Assembly (NCBI RefSeq): GCF_006345805.1
Contig: NC_043009.1
Span: 42,656,001 to 42,720,000, forward strand
Length of the DNA stretch: 64,000 bases
Source: Octopus sinensis
Taxonomy: Eukaryota
Reading direction: 5' to 3'
Each line of letters begins with the position of its first letter. Position 1 is the first letter of the stretch. The notes under the pieces are model-generated. The model saw only the letters and a list, made by a program, of their open reading frames with translations. It was not told where the DNA came from and ran no database searches. Shown piece after piece: positions 12,054 to 25,852 of this stretch. A program made the position numbers and the translations under genes.

Positions 12054-12445
12054 CTTTTATTTGTTTCAGTCATTAGACTGCGGCTATGCTGGAGCACTGC
12101 CTTTTTGTTGAGCAAATCGCCCCAGGACTTACTTATTGTAAGCCTAGTACTTATTCTGTAAGTCTCTTTTACTGAACTGCTAAGTCATGGCGGATGTAAA
12201 CACACCAGCATCAGTTGTCAAGCGATGTTAGTAGGACAAATATAGACACACAAACACACATATGCATACATATATATATATATATGACAGGCTTCTTTCA
12301 GTTTCTGTTATACCAAATCCACTCACAATGCTGTGGTCAGCTTGTGGCTATAGTTGAAGGCACTTGCCCAAGGTACCACACTGTGGGACTGAACCCGGAA
12401 CCATGTAGTTGATAAGCATGCTACTTACCACACAGCCACTCCTGC
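11657..12445 (-). mobile_element. SINE family A: 5' half (11657-11814) and full copy (12053-12445)
   Basis: Reverse complement of the family A head and core (cttgcccaaggt..ctacttaccacacagccactcctg). Confidence 0.85.
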
Positions 12446-12554
12446 ACCTTATAAATTAAATAATGATAGTAGAAATTAATATAATTAAATAATATTAATT
12501 TAAACCAGTGGCTAGCATACTTGAAAAATATCCGAAAAATATTTTGTAATATAT

Positions 12555-12785
12555 ATTTCTTTATTGCCCACAAGGGGCTAAACACAGAGGGGACAAACAA
12601 GGACAGTCAAATGGATTAAGTCGATTACATCGACCCCAGTGCATAACTGGTACTTATTCAATCGACCCCGAAAGGATGAAAGGCAAAGTCGACCTCGGCG
12701 GAATTTGAACTCAGAACGTAGCGGCAGACGAAATAGCGCTAAGCATCTCACCCTGCGTGCTAACGTTTCTGCCAGCTCGCCGCCA
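12555..12785 (-). mobile_element. SINE family B, young copy with long tail variant
   Basis: cccacaaggggctaaacacagaggggacaaacaagg..gtcgacctcggcggaatttgaactcag..gccagctcgccgcc. Confidence 0.9.
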
Positions 12786-12811
12786 TGGACTATGTAATAT
12801 AATATAATATA

Positions 12812-12902
<91 letters not shown>

Positions 12903-12909
12903 CATATAT

Positions 12910-12950
<41 letters not shown>

Positions 12951-13159
12951 TTTTGCACATATTCACTGGCCTCTATATTTGCTGCACACTTCTTTTGCAT
13001 CAGATGTATGTAAAGGAAAAAATGCAATTATGATTTAACTGCACACCATTATGTGCTGCTGGTGGTCGCTGCAGGAGGTGGGGAGTGGAATGGGGGAGTG
13101 ATGCGGAGGAGGGGTAAGGGAAATTCTATTTAAGTTGTGATGGAGCAGCAGCAGTGCTA

Positions 13160-13540
13160 GTAGCAGCATTTGGTAAGACAGTAGTGGTGGTGGTGGTGGT
13201 GATGGTGGTGGTGGTGGTGGTGGTGATGATAGTGGTGGTGGTGGTGATGGTGGTGGTGATAATAATGATGTTCTTATTGCTGTTGATGGTAGTGATGGTG
13301 AAGATGATGATCATGATCATGATCATCTTCACCATCACTACCATCAACAGCAATAAGGAGTCAATAATGGTGTGGTGGTGGTGGTAGTGCTATTGAATGG
13401 GTTGATGATGGTGATAGTGGCAGTGTATTTCTGAGATTGCTTTTGATGGTGGTGATGATGATGGTGGTAGCGGTTGTGGCAGAAGTGATGGCGATGATGA
13501 TGGTGGTGGTGGTGTTGTTGTTGTTGTTGTTGTTGTGTTG

Positions 13541-13572
<32 letters not shown>

Positions 13573-14100
13573 GGTGGTGGTGGTGGTGGTGGTGGTGGTG
13601 GTGGTGGTGGTGGTGGTGGTGGTTAAGGTGTTGGGTATTGGGATATTGATAGTGTTGGTATTTGTGTTGTGACTGGTTGTGGGGGGTGGTTGCTGGTAGC
13701 ATTAACAGTGGTGGTAGTGGTGGTGGTCAGTTCTGGTCAGTGGTGGTGGTGGTGGTGGTGGTGGTCAGAGGTGACAGTGTTTATTGTTGTCATAGTTATT
13801 GCCATTGTTGATATTGTTGTTGATGTTGTTGTCATTGTTGTTGTTGTTGTGGTGGTGATGGTGGTGGTGGTAATAGCAGTGAAACTTGAGATATTAATAG
13901 TGTTGGCATTGGTGTTATGACTAGTAGTTGTGATAGTGGTGGTGGTGGTGGTGGTGGTGGTAGTGGCGTTGGTGGTTTAAGATGACAGTTAATGCTTGGC
14001 TGCATCAATAAATGAGCTGCTCCTGGTGATGGTGATGGTGATGATGATGATGATGATGCGGTGAGGCTGACTGCTTGTAGTGGCAGGTATGGTGGTGCTG
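13160..14100. repeat. Degenerate (GGT)/(GAT)/(GTT)n tract
   Basis: Directly visible. Confidence 0.9.
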
Positions 14101-14259
14101 CTGTTGGTGCTTGTGGTGCTGGTGGAGGGTCTGATGGCTACCGTCGTCGAAGATGCTTATGTGATTAAATCTATTATGAGATGAAGAACACAAATATCTT
14201 GTTATAACCAAAAGATGAAAAGCACACATCTTGAAGCAACGAAAGGTTTCTTTCCTTGC

Positions 14260-14640
14260 TTCGATAACTTCCTCCTCCTCCTCCTACTTCAGTTCGTCCT
14301 CCCCCCTTCTCCTTCTCTTCCTCTTCTTCTTCCTCTTCTTCTTCCTCCTCTTCTTCTTCTTCTTATTCTTCTTCTTCTTCTTCTTCTTCTTCTTCTTCTT
14401 CTTCTTCTGCCTTTATTTATTGTCATTCTTTTCAATCTTCATTTCTTTTTTTTTTTTTCCTTTTCCTTTCATTCTTTCATTCTTTCCAATTCCATTTTCA
14501 TGGTTTTCTTTCTTTCTTTCATTCTTTCCTTCCTTCTTCCTTTCGTTCTTGATTCTCTTTTTTTTATTTACTTATTTACATTTTTATTTGTTTTCTTTTT
14601 CTTTTCTCCTTTTTTTTTTTTTTTTTTTTTTTTTTTCTTA
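14260..14640. repeat. (CCT)/(CTT)n and poly-T pyrimidine tract
   Basis: Directly visible. Confidence 0.9.
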
Positions 14641-14959
14641 AACTGATGTCTCCAGCATCAGCATCAGTTCTTTGCAACCTTTTGCTCAGCTCTCTGCCAA
14701 AGGTTAGGCAAAATTAATATAATCTTTTGTGCATTCTACAAATTTCCTGCAATTATCTGCCATTAGACCGTTCTTTGCTTAATGCCTTTTTACTTTCCAA
14801 GAGTGATGAACAGTTTCTGCTTATGAAAATCAAAACTGCTAACATGCCGTAAACAATGACTTTTAGGCATTCAAAAGAGATAGGCTATTAACATGTTGCC
14901 AACCACGCCCATCACATCAACCACACATATACTGCTGATTTACCTATCAACAACGTTTC

Positions 14960-15700
14960 CCCACCCACCACCACCACTGCTTCCAGTTACTAACTTCGCC
15001 AAAGAAGGAATATAATAAAAAATTTCTTTCTCCAGATTGCCCTAACACCACCTACCTACCTGCCCACCTATTTAATCACCATCGCCACCATCACACCACC
15101 ACCACCGCCGTCACCACCACCGTCACCGCTTTCACTGCCAACACACTGTTATCATCAGCATGGTTTCCATATTGGTTAATGTCTTTTACCTTCCATATTC
15201 TCTTTGTCCATATCATCATCATCATCGACATCATCACCAACAGCCAAACCAATTACCAGCACCACTGCCAACACACCACCACCACCACCACCGCCATCAC
15301 ATCACCACCACTACCTTCGCATCTACTACAGCCAGCACTACAACAAACACATTTCTACCACCACCACCACCACCATCACCACTATCATCACCACCAACAC
15401 CATGTCTGTGACCACCACTGCCATGACAATCACCATCTCAGAACACCATCACCATCATCATCATCATCATCATCATGCACCCCGCCCATGCCGACGCCAA
15501 TTGCTTACCACTACCCTGATATCTATTCCCCCTGTCACAACCCCGACCCCCACCACAGACCCCCCCACCCCATCACTTACTCTTTTCTTTTTCTGCTTTC
15601 TCTCTGTTTTCCTCTCCCTTGCCACCGCCACCACCACCACCACCACCACCACCAACATTACCACCACTGACACCACCAGCCCTGTCTCTGTCCTGCCGTC
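14960..15700. repeat. Degenerate (ACC)/(ATC)n tract
   Basis: Directly visible. Confidence 0.9.
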
Positions 15701-16379
15701 CTGCCGTCCTACTAACCAGTGCAACTATTCCACTATTGTGCTATATTGATTCTGTCATTCACCAACACATTATACCATCGCTGCAACTCTCTTCTCTGGA
15801 CAAGAACAGCAATTTCAAATATTACCTTTGCTTTAGCATTTCATGCAAATACTTTAGAAAACTGTAAATGAACATAAATTTCCTGCAAGGGCAAATAACT
15901 ATAGATATATTGAATGTAATATGCAAGTGCTTGTAGACGTTGGATTTTAATGCTATGGCCTATTGTGTTTGGCTAAAAGGGAAACGAACTCAAAGCCACT
16001 TGTCAGTATTTATATGTGTTCGGTGGATAGCAAGAAATATTAAGGGTTTGTTCTTAAGCACTTTAACTGAGCATTGAAGTCACTTTCCTGTTCAGCTAGA
16101 TGCTCTATTTAATTAGAGAAGTGTATTGAAAAGAGTTGCTTTAGATGTTCTCTGAAGAACATTATATTAGTCTGCTTAAATCTCCACTGATGCTCGCATC
16201 TGCCTTTGTTTCTTTCTCTCTCTCTCTCTCTCTCCCTCGCTTTTTATCTTTATCTTTATCTATCTCCATCTTTCTCTCTCCCATACACACACACACACAC
16301 ACACACACATACGTGTACGCACCTATGCATAGTAAAATACACACATATATATAAGTGTGACTCCATCTCTTCGAACCAA

Positions 16380-17330
16380 CCATTGAAAAACATTTGATGT
16401 CGTTATTAATAAGCAAAACTATTACGGAGCTTGATTTCAATATGCTTCCAATCTTTTACGCCAGGTTTTTACAAATGGACCGACCCATAAGTGATTGGTC
16501 TGGTTTGTCTTAAGACCCGATGATATCGATGTGAAATGTAAATCAATAACTCCTTCACTGACTCGATACACATCAAGAAATAAAAGATTCTAGAAAATAA
16601 TAAATAACACTTCACAGCTTCCTTGACTGAAAATGTTGATCTAGACTTCATTTCAAACACATTGATCACCCTATCAATTGGTTCTGCTTTATTATATATA
16701 GTTTTATCTCGACAAACATTGAAATTGAACTAACCTAAACTGGTTAGATTTTCTATTAAGAACTCAGATATCTCTCATTGATTTCAATTTCTTTCACAAA
16801 ACCTTCCCAGCCAGTAGGCAGTTTATTATTATTTTTTTTATTCCTATGCTTATATATTTATTAAACCACTCCGTACTCCATATATTACTAACTTCTTAAA
16901 ATCTTTTAGCCTGAAGATTCTTCTTCTGTCTATATGAATTGTCCCCGCTTTTCTCCCTACCCTGCCAGCTTCTTTAAATGTTCCTGCCTCACAATTCTTC
17001 TGTCTAGATTAATTTCCAAACATACACTGCCAACTTCTTTAAACCTTCCTCTCTTAAGATTCTCCCCTTCATGTACCAATATTAGCCACTTACACCACCA
17101 TCTTTATGAAAGATTCCAGCGTCAAGATACCTCTTTAATCTACATTGAATTTTCGTCTCTATCCTGCCAGTTTCTACAAGAATACATCTATTTTATCAAT
17201 GCTCCTTTTCATGATTCCCCCTTTTTTATCAAGCAGATCATTGTCCCACTAATGATTCCAAAACAGCAAAGTAATATCAATTCATTGCTGTGTTCTTTGA
17301 TTCCAAGTTAAATTTCCAAGCACAATATGA
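16380..17330 (-). mobile_element. Highly decayed L1/Tx1-like LINE reverse-transcriptase relic
   Basis: Minus frame near 17260-17000: GTMICLIKKGNHEKEH**NRCILV..CRLKRYLDAGI, resembling G.ITLL.K...NYRPI.LLN..RLK.VL; many stops. Confidence 0.4.
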
Positions 17331-17623
17331 AATACCCAATCAATCCTAGCAATAGAAATGGTTTTGTGAAGTTTAGTTATGTAAACAACAAACTAAAGTA
17401 AAATTTAAGCTTTAAGCTAAAACAGAAAGATTAAAAAGACTTTTTCTTAATAAAATACATTTTATAATTAGATATATATTCTTACAATTTAAATATATAC
17501 AGTCATTTCCATAGGGCATGAATGGATTGAGTAAGTAGAGAACCAAACATTGCTTAAAACAATTATATAATACCTTTGCTCTTTTTAGAATATTGAACTC
17601 ACGTAGATAAATAGATACATACA

Positions 17624-17685
<62 letters not shown>

Positions 17686-17832
17686 CGTGTGTCCCCTACC
17701 AAATGACACCTTGAATAAATATTTTCTACCATAGTTTTTTTTTTCCCCAACACCCAGCAGTTTCAGTTTGAATCATGCCAGGATCAACTGGGTCTTTCAT
17801 TCCTTCAGGCTCCAATAGATAAGTTACCAGCA

Positions 17833-18234
17833 CAGGAGTGGCTGTGTGGTAAATAGCTTGCTTACCAACCACATGGTTCTGGGTTCAGTCCCACTGTGTG
17901 GCACCTTGGGCAAGTGTCTTCTACTATAGCCTTTGGCAGGCCAAAGCCTTGTGAGTGGATTTGGTAAATGGAAACTGAAAGAAGCCTGTCGTATATATGT
18001 ATATATATATATGTGTGTGTGTTTGTGTGTCTGTGTTTGTCCCCCCAACATCGCTTGACAACCGATGCTGGTGTGTCTGCGTCCCCTGTAACTTAGTGGT
18101 TCAGCAAAAGAGACTGATAGAATAAGTACTGGGCTTACAAAGAATAAGTCCCGGGATCGATTTGTTCAACTAAAGGCAGTGTTCCAGCATGGCCGCAGCA
18201 AAATGACTGAAACAAGTAAAAGAGAGTAAAAGAG
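17833..18234 (+). mobile_element. SINE family A full copy
   Basis: caggagtggctgtgtggta..gggttcagtcccact..internal (TA)(TG)n..gactgaaacaagtaaaagag. Confidence 0.95.
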
Positions 18235-19289
18235 AACCCTATAGAAAGTGGTTCTTTTTCTTTTTTAATTTCATGCCCTCTTTTTGTTTATCTGTTTTGG
18301 TTGAACTATAGCTTTTACTATAGCCAAACCATTATATAATAAAGAACCACAGTGTCATAGGCATATGGAATGACGCAAGTTCTTACACATGTGTTAGGCA
18401 AAGTCATGTCACCCTCATTGGATGAATGTAGCTAAAAGCATATTTGATTATAAAGAGAATAGAGAAGGGGTAAGGAAAAACTAGAGAGAAAGAGGAGAAG
18501 AGGGAGATGGGTGAGCAACTAAAAGGGAATTGGTACTATGAAGATATCCCTTGACAATAACCAGAGATAAGAGAGATCAAGTAGCTTATAAAAGAAGGAA
18601 GGGACCAGGACAACAGGGAGGTCTGTCAAAGTGAAGACAATATCAAGGAATGCTTGGTGGTAGGTAGTAAACATCCATGGCCCTTAATAAACAGATTCTA
18701 AAGAAATAGAGATAAAGGCAGTATGGACAATGGGGCAATTATACAAATATACAGGTCAATAGTGTGGGAGGGAGACCTATGGTAAGGGAAGGTGGAGAGG
18801 GAGTGCTGTGAGAGAATTATGTTACTGTATTACAGTCTTAAGGGGCTAGAATTAAAATAAAATGTCTAGAGGGGGGCTAGTTCTTAGAAGTATAAAGATT
18901 TATGGTAATGGGGTGGTTTTGTAGAATTTATATCTGCACAAGCAAATTACGTCAGAGGAGGGATTCAGTAGTGGTATGATATCAAGTGAGTCATTGCAAC
19001 TTAAATGACAGGGTTGTTGATTTGTATGAAGGGAGCTTCACCACAAACTATAGTATCAGAACAGGTTTCAGGGTATGCCTTGGGGTGATGTAAGTTGATT
19101 GTGATGGAAGTGGTTTGTTTTGAGACACCATTAGCAAAAGAGCTCAGGTGTATAAGATAACATCACATAAGATCAATTGTGCCACTATAGTAAACCCTGG
19201 TGAAATGGCTCCTTGGGGTAGTGACGGTACATTCGTACACAACATTATAATACAAGCAAATGTGTGATAATGGATTTTCTTTCTTTCTT

Positions 19290-19494
19290 TTATTCTTTTA
19301 CTTGTTTCAGTCATTTGACTGTGGCCATGCTGGAGTACCACCTTTAGTCAAGCAAATCGACCACAGGACTTATTCTTTGTAAGCCTAGTACTTATTGTAT
19401 CGGTCTCTTTTGCCAAGCCGCTAAGTTATGGGAACATAAACACACCAGCATCGGCTATCAAGTGATATTGGTAGGGACAAACACAGACACACAA

Positions 19495-19525
<31 letters not shown>

Positions 19526-19697
19526 CATACACATATATACGATGGGCTTCTTTTAGTTTCCGTTTATCAAATCTACTCACAAGGCTTTGGTCGGCCTGAG
19601 GCTATAGTAGAAGCCACTTGCCCAAGGTGCCACGCAGTGGGACTGAACCTGAAACCATGTGGTTGGTAAGCAAGCTACTTACCACACAGTCACTCCT
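19290..19697 (-). mobile_element. SINE family A full copy
   Basis: Reverse complement of the 17833 and 20953 copies. Confidence 0.95.
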
Positions 19698-19969
19698 ATG
19701 ATGTGGTAAAATCTTTTTGAAGGCAGTGAGTGCATAATCAACAATTGTAATATTATCCCATTAGTATTTAAACCAACCATATCCAGCCCAAATATTCTAC
19801 CTGTTTTATGTTCAAACCAGCCAGACCTAGCATCTTACACTTAACCTACAATGTCATTCTAAAAATAATCATATCATTGAAATATCAAAGCTATGAGATA
19901 ATGTGTGATTAAATCCAAGCAATATGAATAAATAAGCATTACATTTGACAGAGTAATCCAAATGGTAAA

Positions 19970-20420
19970 GGTTTATTCCTCCATCAATCTTCACCAACTA
20001 TTTCTGGGAGGGTCATGGCAATAAAGTCATCAAACGCCTCCTATCAGAAATAACTGTCATTACACTTCCCAGCTAGATTCCCAAGTAGTTCCACCTGAGA
20101 CTATAACTATTTCATTCTTGGTCCACCCCTAGACCACTAGCCAGTTAGCTCAGCTTGAAGAATCCATCTTGCGGTTCTTTCCTGTGACATTCTAATCACA
20201 TACTCATAGTACTGGAACCATGATTTCTCAATGCAGAGAAGTAACAGCTCAGGCTGGAAAGACTCCTTGATCTCCAAGCTATGCACTCTGTTGAGTAACA
20301 TTACTCCAGACGGTTTTGGTATTAGCCCAACAGCAAAATGAAACTATTGTTGATTACGTTCCAGCATGCCTATACTTGTTGATAACTAAATTAAAACGCC
20401 AACTCTCCATATCTCATAGG
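19970..20420 (-). mobile_element. RTE-like LINE 3' fragment
   Basis: LLLLCIEKSWFQYYEYVIRMSQERTARWILQAELTG*WSRGGPRMK, resembling the RTE LRW.GHV.RM..ER..RGRPR motif. Confidence 0.65.
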
Positions 20421-20511
20421 AACATTGTAAGGCATTTTAAAATGTTTAGATTTATCAATCACTATTGTTCAAGTGCCTTGTAATTTCACTGAGACTGCGA
20501 CTATTATCACG

Positions 20512-20822
20512 AAGGTGCAATGGCCCAGTGGTTAGGGCAGCAGACTTACGGTCGGAGGATTGCGGTTTCAATTCCCAGACTGAGCATTGTGTGTGTTTAT
20601 TGAGCAAAAACATTTGAAGCTCCACAAGGCTCTGGCAGGGGGTGGTGGTGACCCCTGTTGTACTCTTTCGCCCCAACTATCTCTCACTCTTTCTTCCTGT
20701 TTCTTGAGTAATGCTGCGATGGACAGGCGTCCCATCCAGCTGGGGGAAACACATACACCATAGAAACCAGGGAAACTGGCCCCATGAGCCTGACTAGGCT
20801 TGAAAAGGGCGCATAAATAAAA
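20512..20822 (+). mobile_element. SINE family C (head C + tail Y)
   Basis: Head as at 11218; tail gcgatggacaggcgtccc..cccatgagcctgactaggcttgaaaaggg as at 8320. Confidence 0.85.
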
Positions 20823-20952
20823 ATAAAATGTGACTATTATCCAACTAGTTCATTCTTGGTCTACCCTTGGCCTCCTGCAAGTTAGTTCAGACAGTTTTCA
20901 TATTAGTCCAACAGCAAAGGTGAAACTATATTTGATTTTAAAATTACACAAG

Positions 20953-21360
20953 CGCAGGAGTGGCTGTGTGGTAAGTAGCTTGCTAACCAACCACATGGTT
21001 CCGGGTTCAGTCCCACTACGTGGCATCTTGGGCAAGTGTCTTCTGCTATAGCCCCAGGCCGACCAATGCTTTGTGAGTGGATTTGGTAGACGGAAACTGA
21101 AAGAAGCCCGTCGTATATATGTATATATATATATATGTGTGTGTTTGTGTGTCTGTGTTTGTCCCCCTAGCATTGCTTGACAACCGATGCTGGTGTGTTT
21201 ACGTCCCCGTCACTTAGCGGTTCAGCAAAATGAGACCGATAGGATAAGTACTGGGCTTACAAAAGAATAAGTCCCGGGGTCGATTTGCTCGACTAAAGGC
21301 GGTGCTCCAGCATGGCCGCAGTCAAATGACTGAAACAAGTAAAAGAGTAAAGAGTAAGAG
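20953..21360 (+). mobile_element. SINE family A, young CpG-rich copy
   Basis: Complete head, core, internal microsatellite and tail; many CpGs retained. Confidence 0.95.
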
Positions 21361-22763
21361 TAAGCGTTTCCTAGTTCCAGAAAAGACAAACGGTTGGCCA
21401 CAGTTATTATTATTATTTCCCAGAAACCATGGGGGATAAAATTAAAATTTAAGTTCTGCAACACCGTAAATAAAATAAAATAGGTGGGGTGAGGCATTGA
21501 GCATAAACCCTTGACAAAGAAGACAGACATCATATTATCTTTCTAACACATATGTTCCAGCTGTGACCGTCCTGTATTTTTTCAGATATCACTAGGAGTT
21601 CTTTCAGAGCAACTTCTGTTTCATTTTTTGTTGTTGTTGTTGTTGTTGTTGCTGTTGCTGTTTTTTGTGCTCACACTGCAATCATGCTCTACAGCCGACT
21701 TGATGGAACAAGTAAAACATTAAATGTGTAGATGTGTACTTCATTTTTGTTTTACACACATTTTGCATGCTCACACAAGACGAAGAAGGAGAGGAAGAAG
21801 AAGAAGAAAGAGAAGGAGAAGAAGAAGAAGAAGAAGAAGAAGGTGAAGAAGAAAAAGAAGAAGGAGGAGGAGGAGATGAAGAAGGAGGAGGAGGTGAAGA
21901 AGAAGAAGGTGAAGAAGAAGAAGAATATTGATAAGAAAATAATAATTATGATAATAATAATAATAATAATGAGAATAGTATTGATAATGGTAATAACAGC
22001 AATAACAACAATACACACACATATACACATAATATTACACATACACATATAAATGCGTTTGCATGCATGTGTGTGTGTATACATGTGTGTGTGTGTTTGT
22101 GTTTGCACATGTATTCAGTGTGTTTGTCTGTATAAATGCAAATGTGAATATGGCGTAATGGGGTTTTAAGCTAGTGACAAGCCGAGTGTGCAACCCAGAT
22201 TTTATATATCTGTTTAAGACATTTCACCTGACTTAAACCTGATACCTGGTAGTCTGGTTGTCATCAACAGTCTGCACAGGGATTGACTTTGATACAATTT
22301 GACACACTATCCAAATAGGAAAAAAATCTTCTGTAATGCCCAAATGGTATTTTCACTCTATGTGTATTATAGCATGTGGTTAGATAGATAGATAGATAGA
22401 TAGAAAGACAGACAGATATCATGCATCAAGACAGTTAGGTTTGGTTTAACAGGATAAAAAATAATTCAGCTCATAAAGAAGTGTATATTTGTGTGTGTGT
22501 ATTGTTATATTTGGGGATGGCCATAATATTTTTTGCCAATTACTACATGCACTATATATTTGGTTTTTACTTCAGCTTTATTATTATTCAGGAGGAGATA
22601 CATGAGAAGGAGAGTCACTGAAGAGGTCACAGGAGGTGTGGCAAAAGATTTCAGACAAAGGGCACTGGAATAAGAATAATAACAAAGCTGAAGTGAAAAC
22701 CAAGTATATAAAGTGTATGTGGTTAATTACTAAAAATATGACTATCCCCAAATATAATAATGC

Positions 22764-22822
<59 letters not shown>

Positions 22823-22949
22823 GTGTATGTATATGTGTATATGCATATGTATATGCATATATGTATATGTATATATGTGTGTATATATATATGTATATAT
22901 ATATATATATATATGTATATGTATATGTATGTGCGTATATGTATATATA

Positions 22950-23405
22950 TATATAAAATAATACAAAAGATGGGACAAGAACACAACAGACAACAACAAA
23001 ACATCAGACAGTGGGATGATACAAAAAGGTCATTCGGAGTTTTCTTTTGTCAGTCGAGTTCCAGATTATCTTTGAAGTTTTGGCTGGTTATACTCGAAAT
23101 TGCTCCAATCTGGCCAGCCCCAAGGAAAATCTAAGCTAGAGCACTAGATTCCTTGGAAGAAAGCACCAAATGTATACAAAAACAAGGACAGGAAAAAGCA
23201 GAGAAATGGTATACAAATACAAATGTAAACAACAGGACATTAACAACAGGTGTCTTTCGACTAAGGACGAATTAAATCAAGCTGGTGTGTGTGGAAGTGA
23301 AGCCTTATGGCAGGGACATAAGAGATGACAGCCATGGTAAGGAATATAGATGTTGCAAGGATGGTAGCTGAACCAAGAAAGAAAGGTCAGACTTGGCCGA
23401 ACACA
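22950..23405 (-). repeat. Second copy of the 6152-6645 dispersed repeat
   Basis: Reverse complement aligns block by block with 6152-6645. Confidence 0.75.
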
Positions 23406-23584
23406 GGTCATGTGGAAGGAGAGAGGTAAAGGGATAGAAGAATTAGGGAGGGACAAGAAAAGAAGAAAAGGGACATACATACTCATGTACTTGCATGCAC
23501 GCACACACACACACAGATATATACCCTTCTTTATGAGTTATTTTTTATCCTGTTTGTTAAGCCAAACTTATCCTTTTGTCTTGA

Positions 23585-23916
23585 TATGGCACATGGACAA
23601 GTGTCTTGTGCTAGACTGACCAAAACCTTGTGAGGGGATTTGGTAGTTGGAAATTGAAAGAAGCATGTCGTAGATATATATATATATATACAATCTATGT
23701 GTATATTTATGTGTGTGTGTCTGTGTTTGTCCCCCTCCATCACTTGACAACCGATGTTGGTGTGATTACATCCCCGTGATTTAGCAGTTCGGCAGAAGAG
23801 ACCAATAAAATAAGTACTAGGCTTACAAAGAATAAGTCCTGGGATTGATTTGCTTGACTAAGAGTGGTGCTCCAGCATGGCCACAGTCAAATGACTGTAA
23901 CAAGTAAAAGAGTAAA

Positions 23917-23920
<4 letters not shown>
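23585..23920 (+). mobile_element. SINE family A, 5'-truncated
   Basis: gacaagtgtctt..gtgtctgtgtttgtccccc..gtaacaagtaaaagagtaaaag. Confidence 0.85.
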
Positions 23921-23965
<45 letters not shown>

Positions 23966-24463
23966 AAAACACATATATACATGCATATGCATCTTATTTC
24001 TACCTATCCCATGTCTCTCTTCCTATACATGTGTGTGAGTGTATAAATGAAAAAATGCTTCATGAATTATATTAACAAAACTATAGAGCAGAACGCAAAT
24101 AATAAATGTCAGACTAACATGGATTACATAATTAAAAAAATATGCATTGGCTCACAGCTCTTATTGCTAAGAGAATGCAACAGTAATTAGCCATTAGAGC
24201 TGTTTTGTTCTATTTTGTAAAACAATTTAGATAATTAATTTGATTGAGTAATTTGTTTTCTTTTGTCATTTATTATAAACATTTTGCTTTGTACTTTTGT
24301 TGGTGTTTAGGCTGGGCCAGATAGGAAGCTTATTGTGATATTTTATTGTCTCCTTCTCAGTATATATATATGGAGGCAAGTGATTATATAATGGTTTATG
24401 TGTAGAGAAATGGCTGTTTGGTGGAAGTATGGAGTATTTCAAGTGTATATGCGTGAGTGTATA

Positions 24464-24518
<55 letters not shown>

Positions 24519-24610
24519 TGAGGGAATATTATTCCAAACTTACAGGGAAAAATTCAATTTAGAAATACTAAATCAAATTTCACAAAATATAATATAATAT
24601 ATAAAAAAGG

Positions 24611-24648
<38 letters not shown>

Positions 24649-25066
24649 CTTCTCAACCACATGGTTCCAGGCTCAGTCCCACTATGAGGCACCTTGGGCA
24701 AGTGTCTTCTACTATGTGTTTACATTGCTGTAAAAGATATATTGCAAGTAAAAGATATATGTTTATATTTATATATATGCACACACAAACACACACACAC
24801 ACACACACACATACAAACACACACACATACGCATACACAAACACATGCAAACACACACATGTATGTATATATATATGTGTGTGTGTGTAGAGAGAGAGAG
24901 AGAGTGTATAAAATGCACATTACACATACACACACATATACACACACCCATGCACACACACCACGCTTGCATTCACACACTCACATGCATACATACCACA
25001 TGTGTACACTCATACACACACACACTGAATGAGAGACAGACAGACAGACAGACTGATTGAAAGATT

Positions 25067-25110
<44 letters not shown>

Positions 25111-25571
25111 TTTGTGTATGTTCACTGCATTTGAAACTGCAAATATACAAAAGAGGACTCAGTACTTAATGTAGAGTACTTCAGTATATATGCTGGCACA
25201 AGATTTTGCGTAAAGTACTTGCTGTGTGTAAAACTCAACAATAAATAACAGGTTGCTATCAGCTTCATAATTAACAGGCACACACACAACACACAGTTTA
25301 AAAATGTACAGAGACATATAGGAAGAGAGAGAATGAGAGTGGGGGAAGGAGAGAGACTGACAGATAGAAAGAGATCTATGTCTATCTGTATCTAATTTCT
25401 ATACTTGTATATTTATGTCTCTCTCCCTCTCTATGTGTATGTATGTATTATATATATATATATATTTTTTTTTTTATCTCTAGTTTCAGCTCAGAGCTGC
25501 GGCCATGCTGATGCACCGCCGTTAAAAATAAAATTAAGAACATTCAGGAATTAAATTCCGAGCCGAATATG

Positions 25572-25602
<31 letters not shown>

Positions 25603-25639
25603 GTGGGTGTGTGTGTGTGTATGTATATATATGTATATG

Positions 25640-25735
<96 letters not shown>

Positions 25736-25785
25736 GTGTATATATATATATATATGTATATTATATATATTTATATGTATATATA

Positions 25786-25852
<67 letters not shown>

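Noticed and set aside
18400-19140. Possible L1 endonuclease or other LINE relic
   Set aside because: Composition is suggestive but I could not read a motif reliably.
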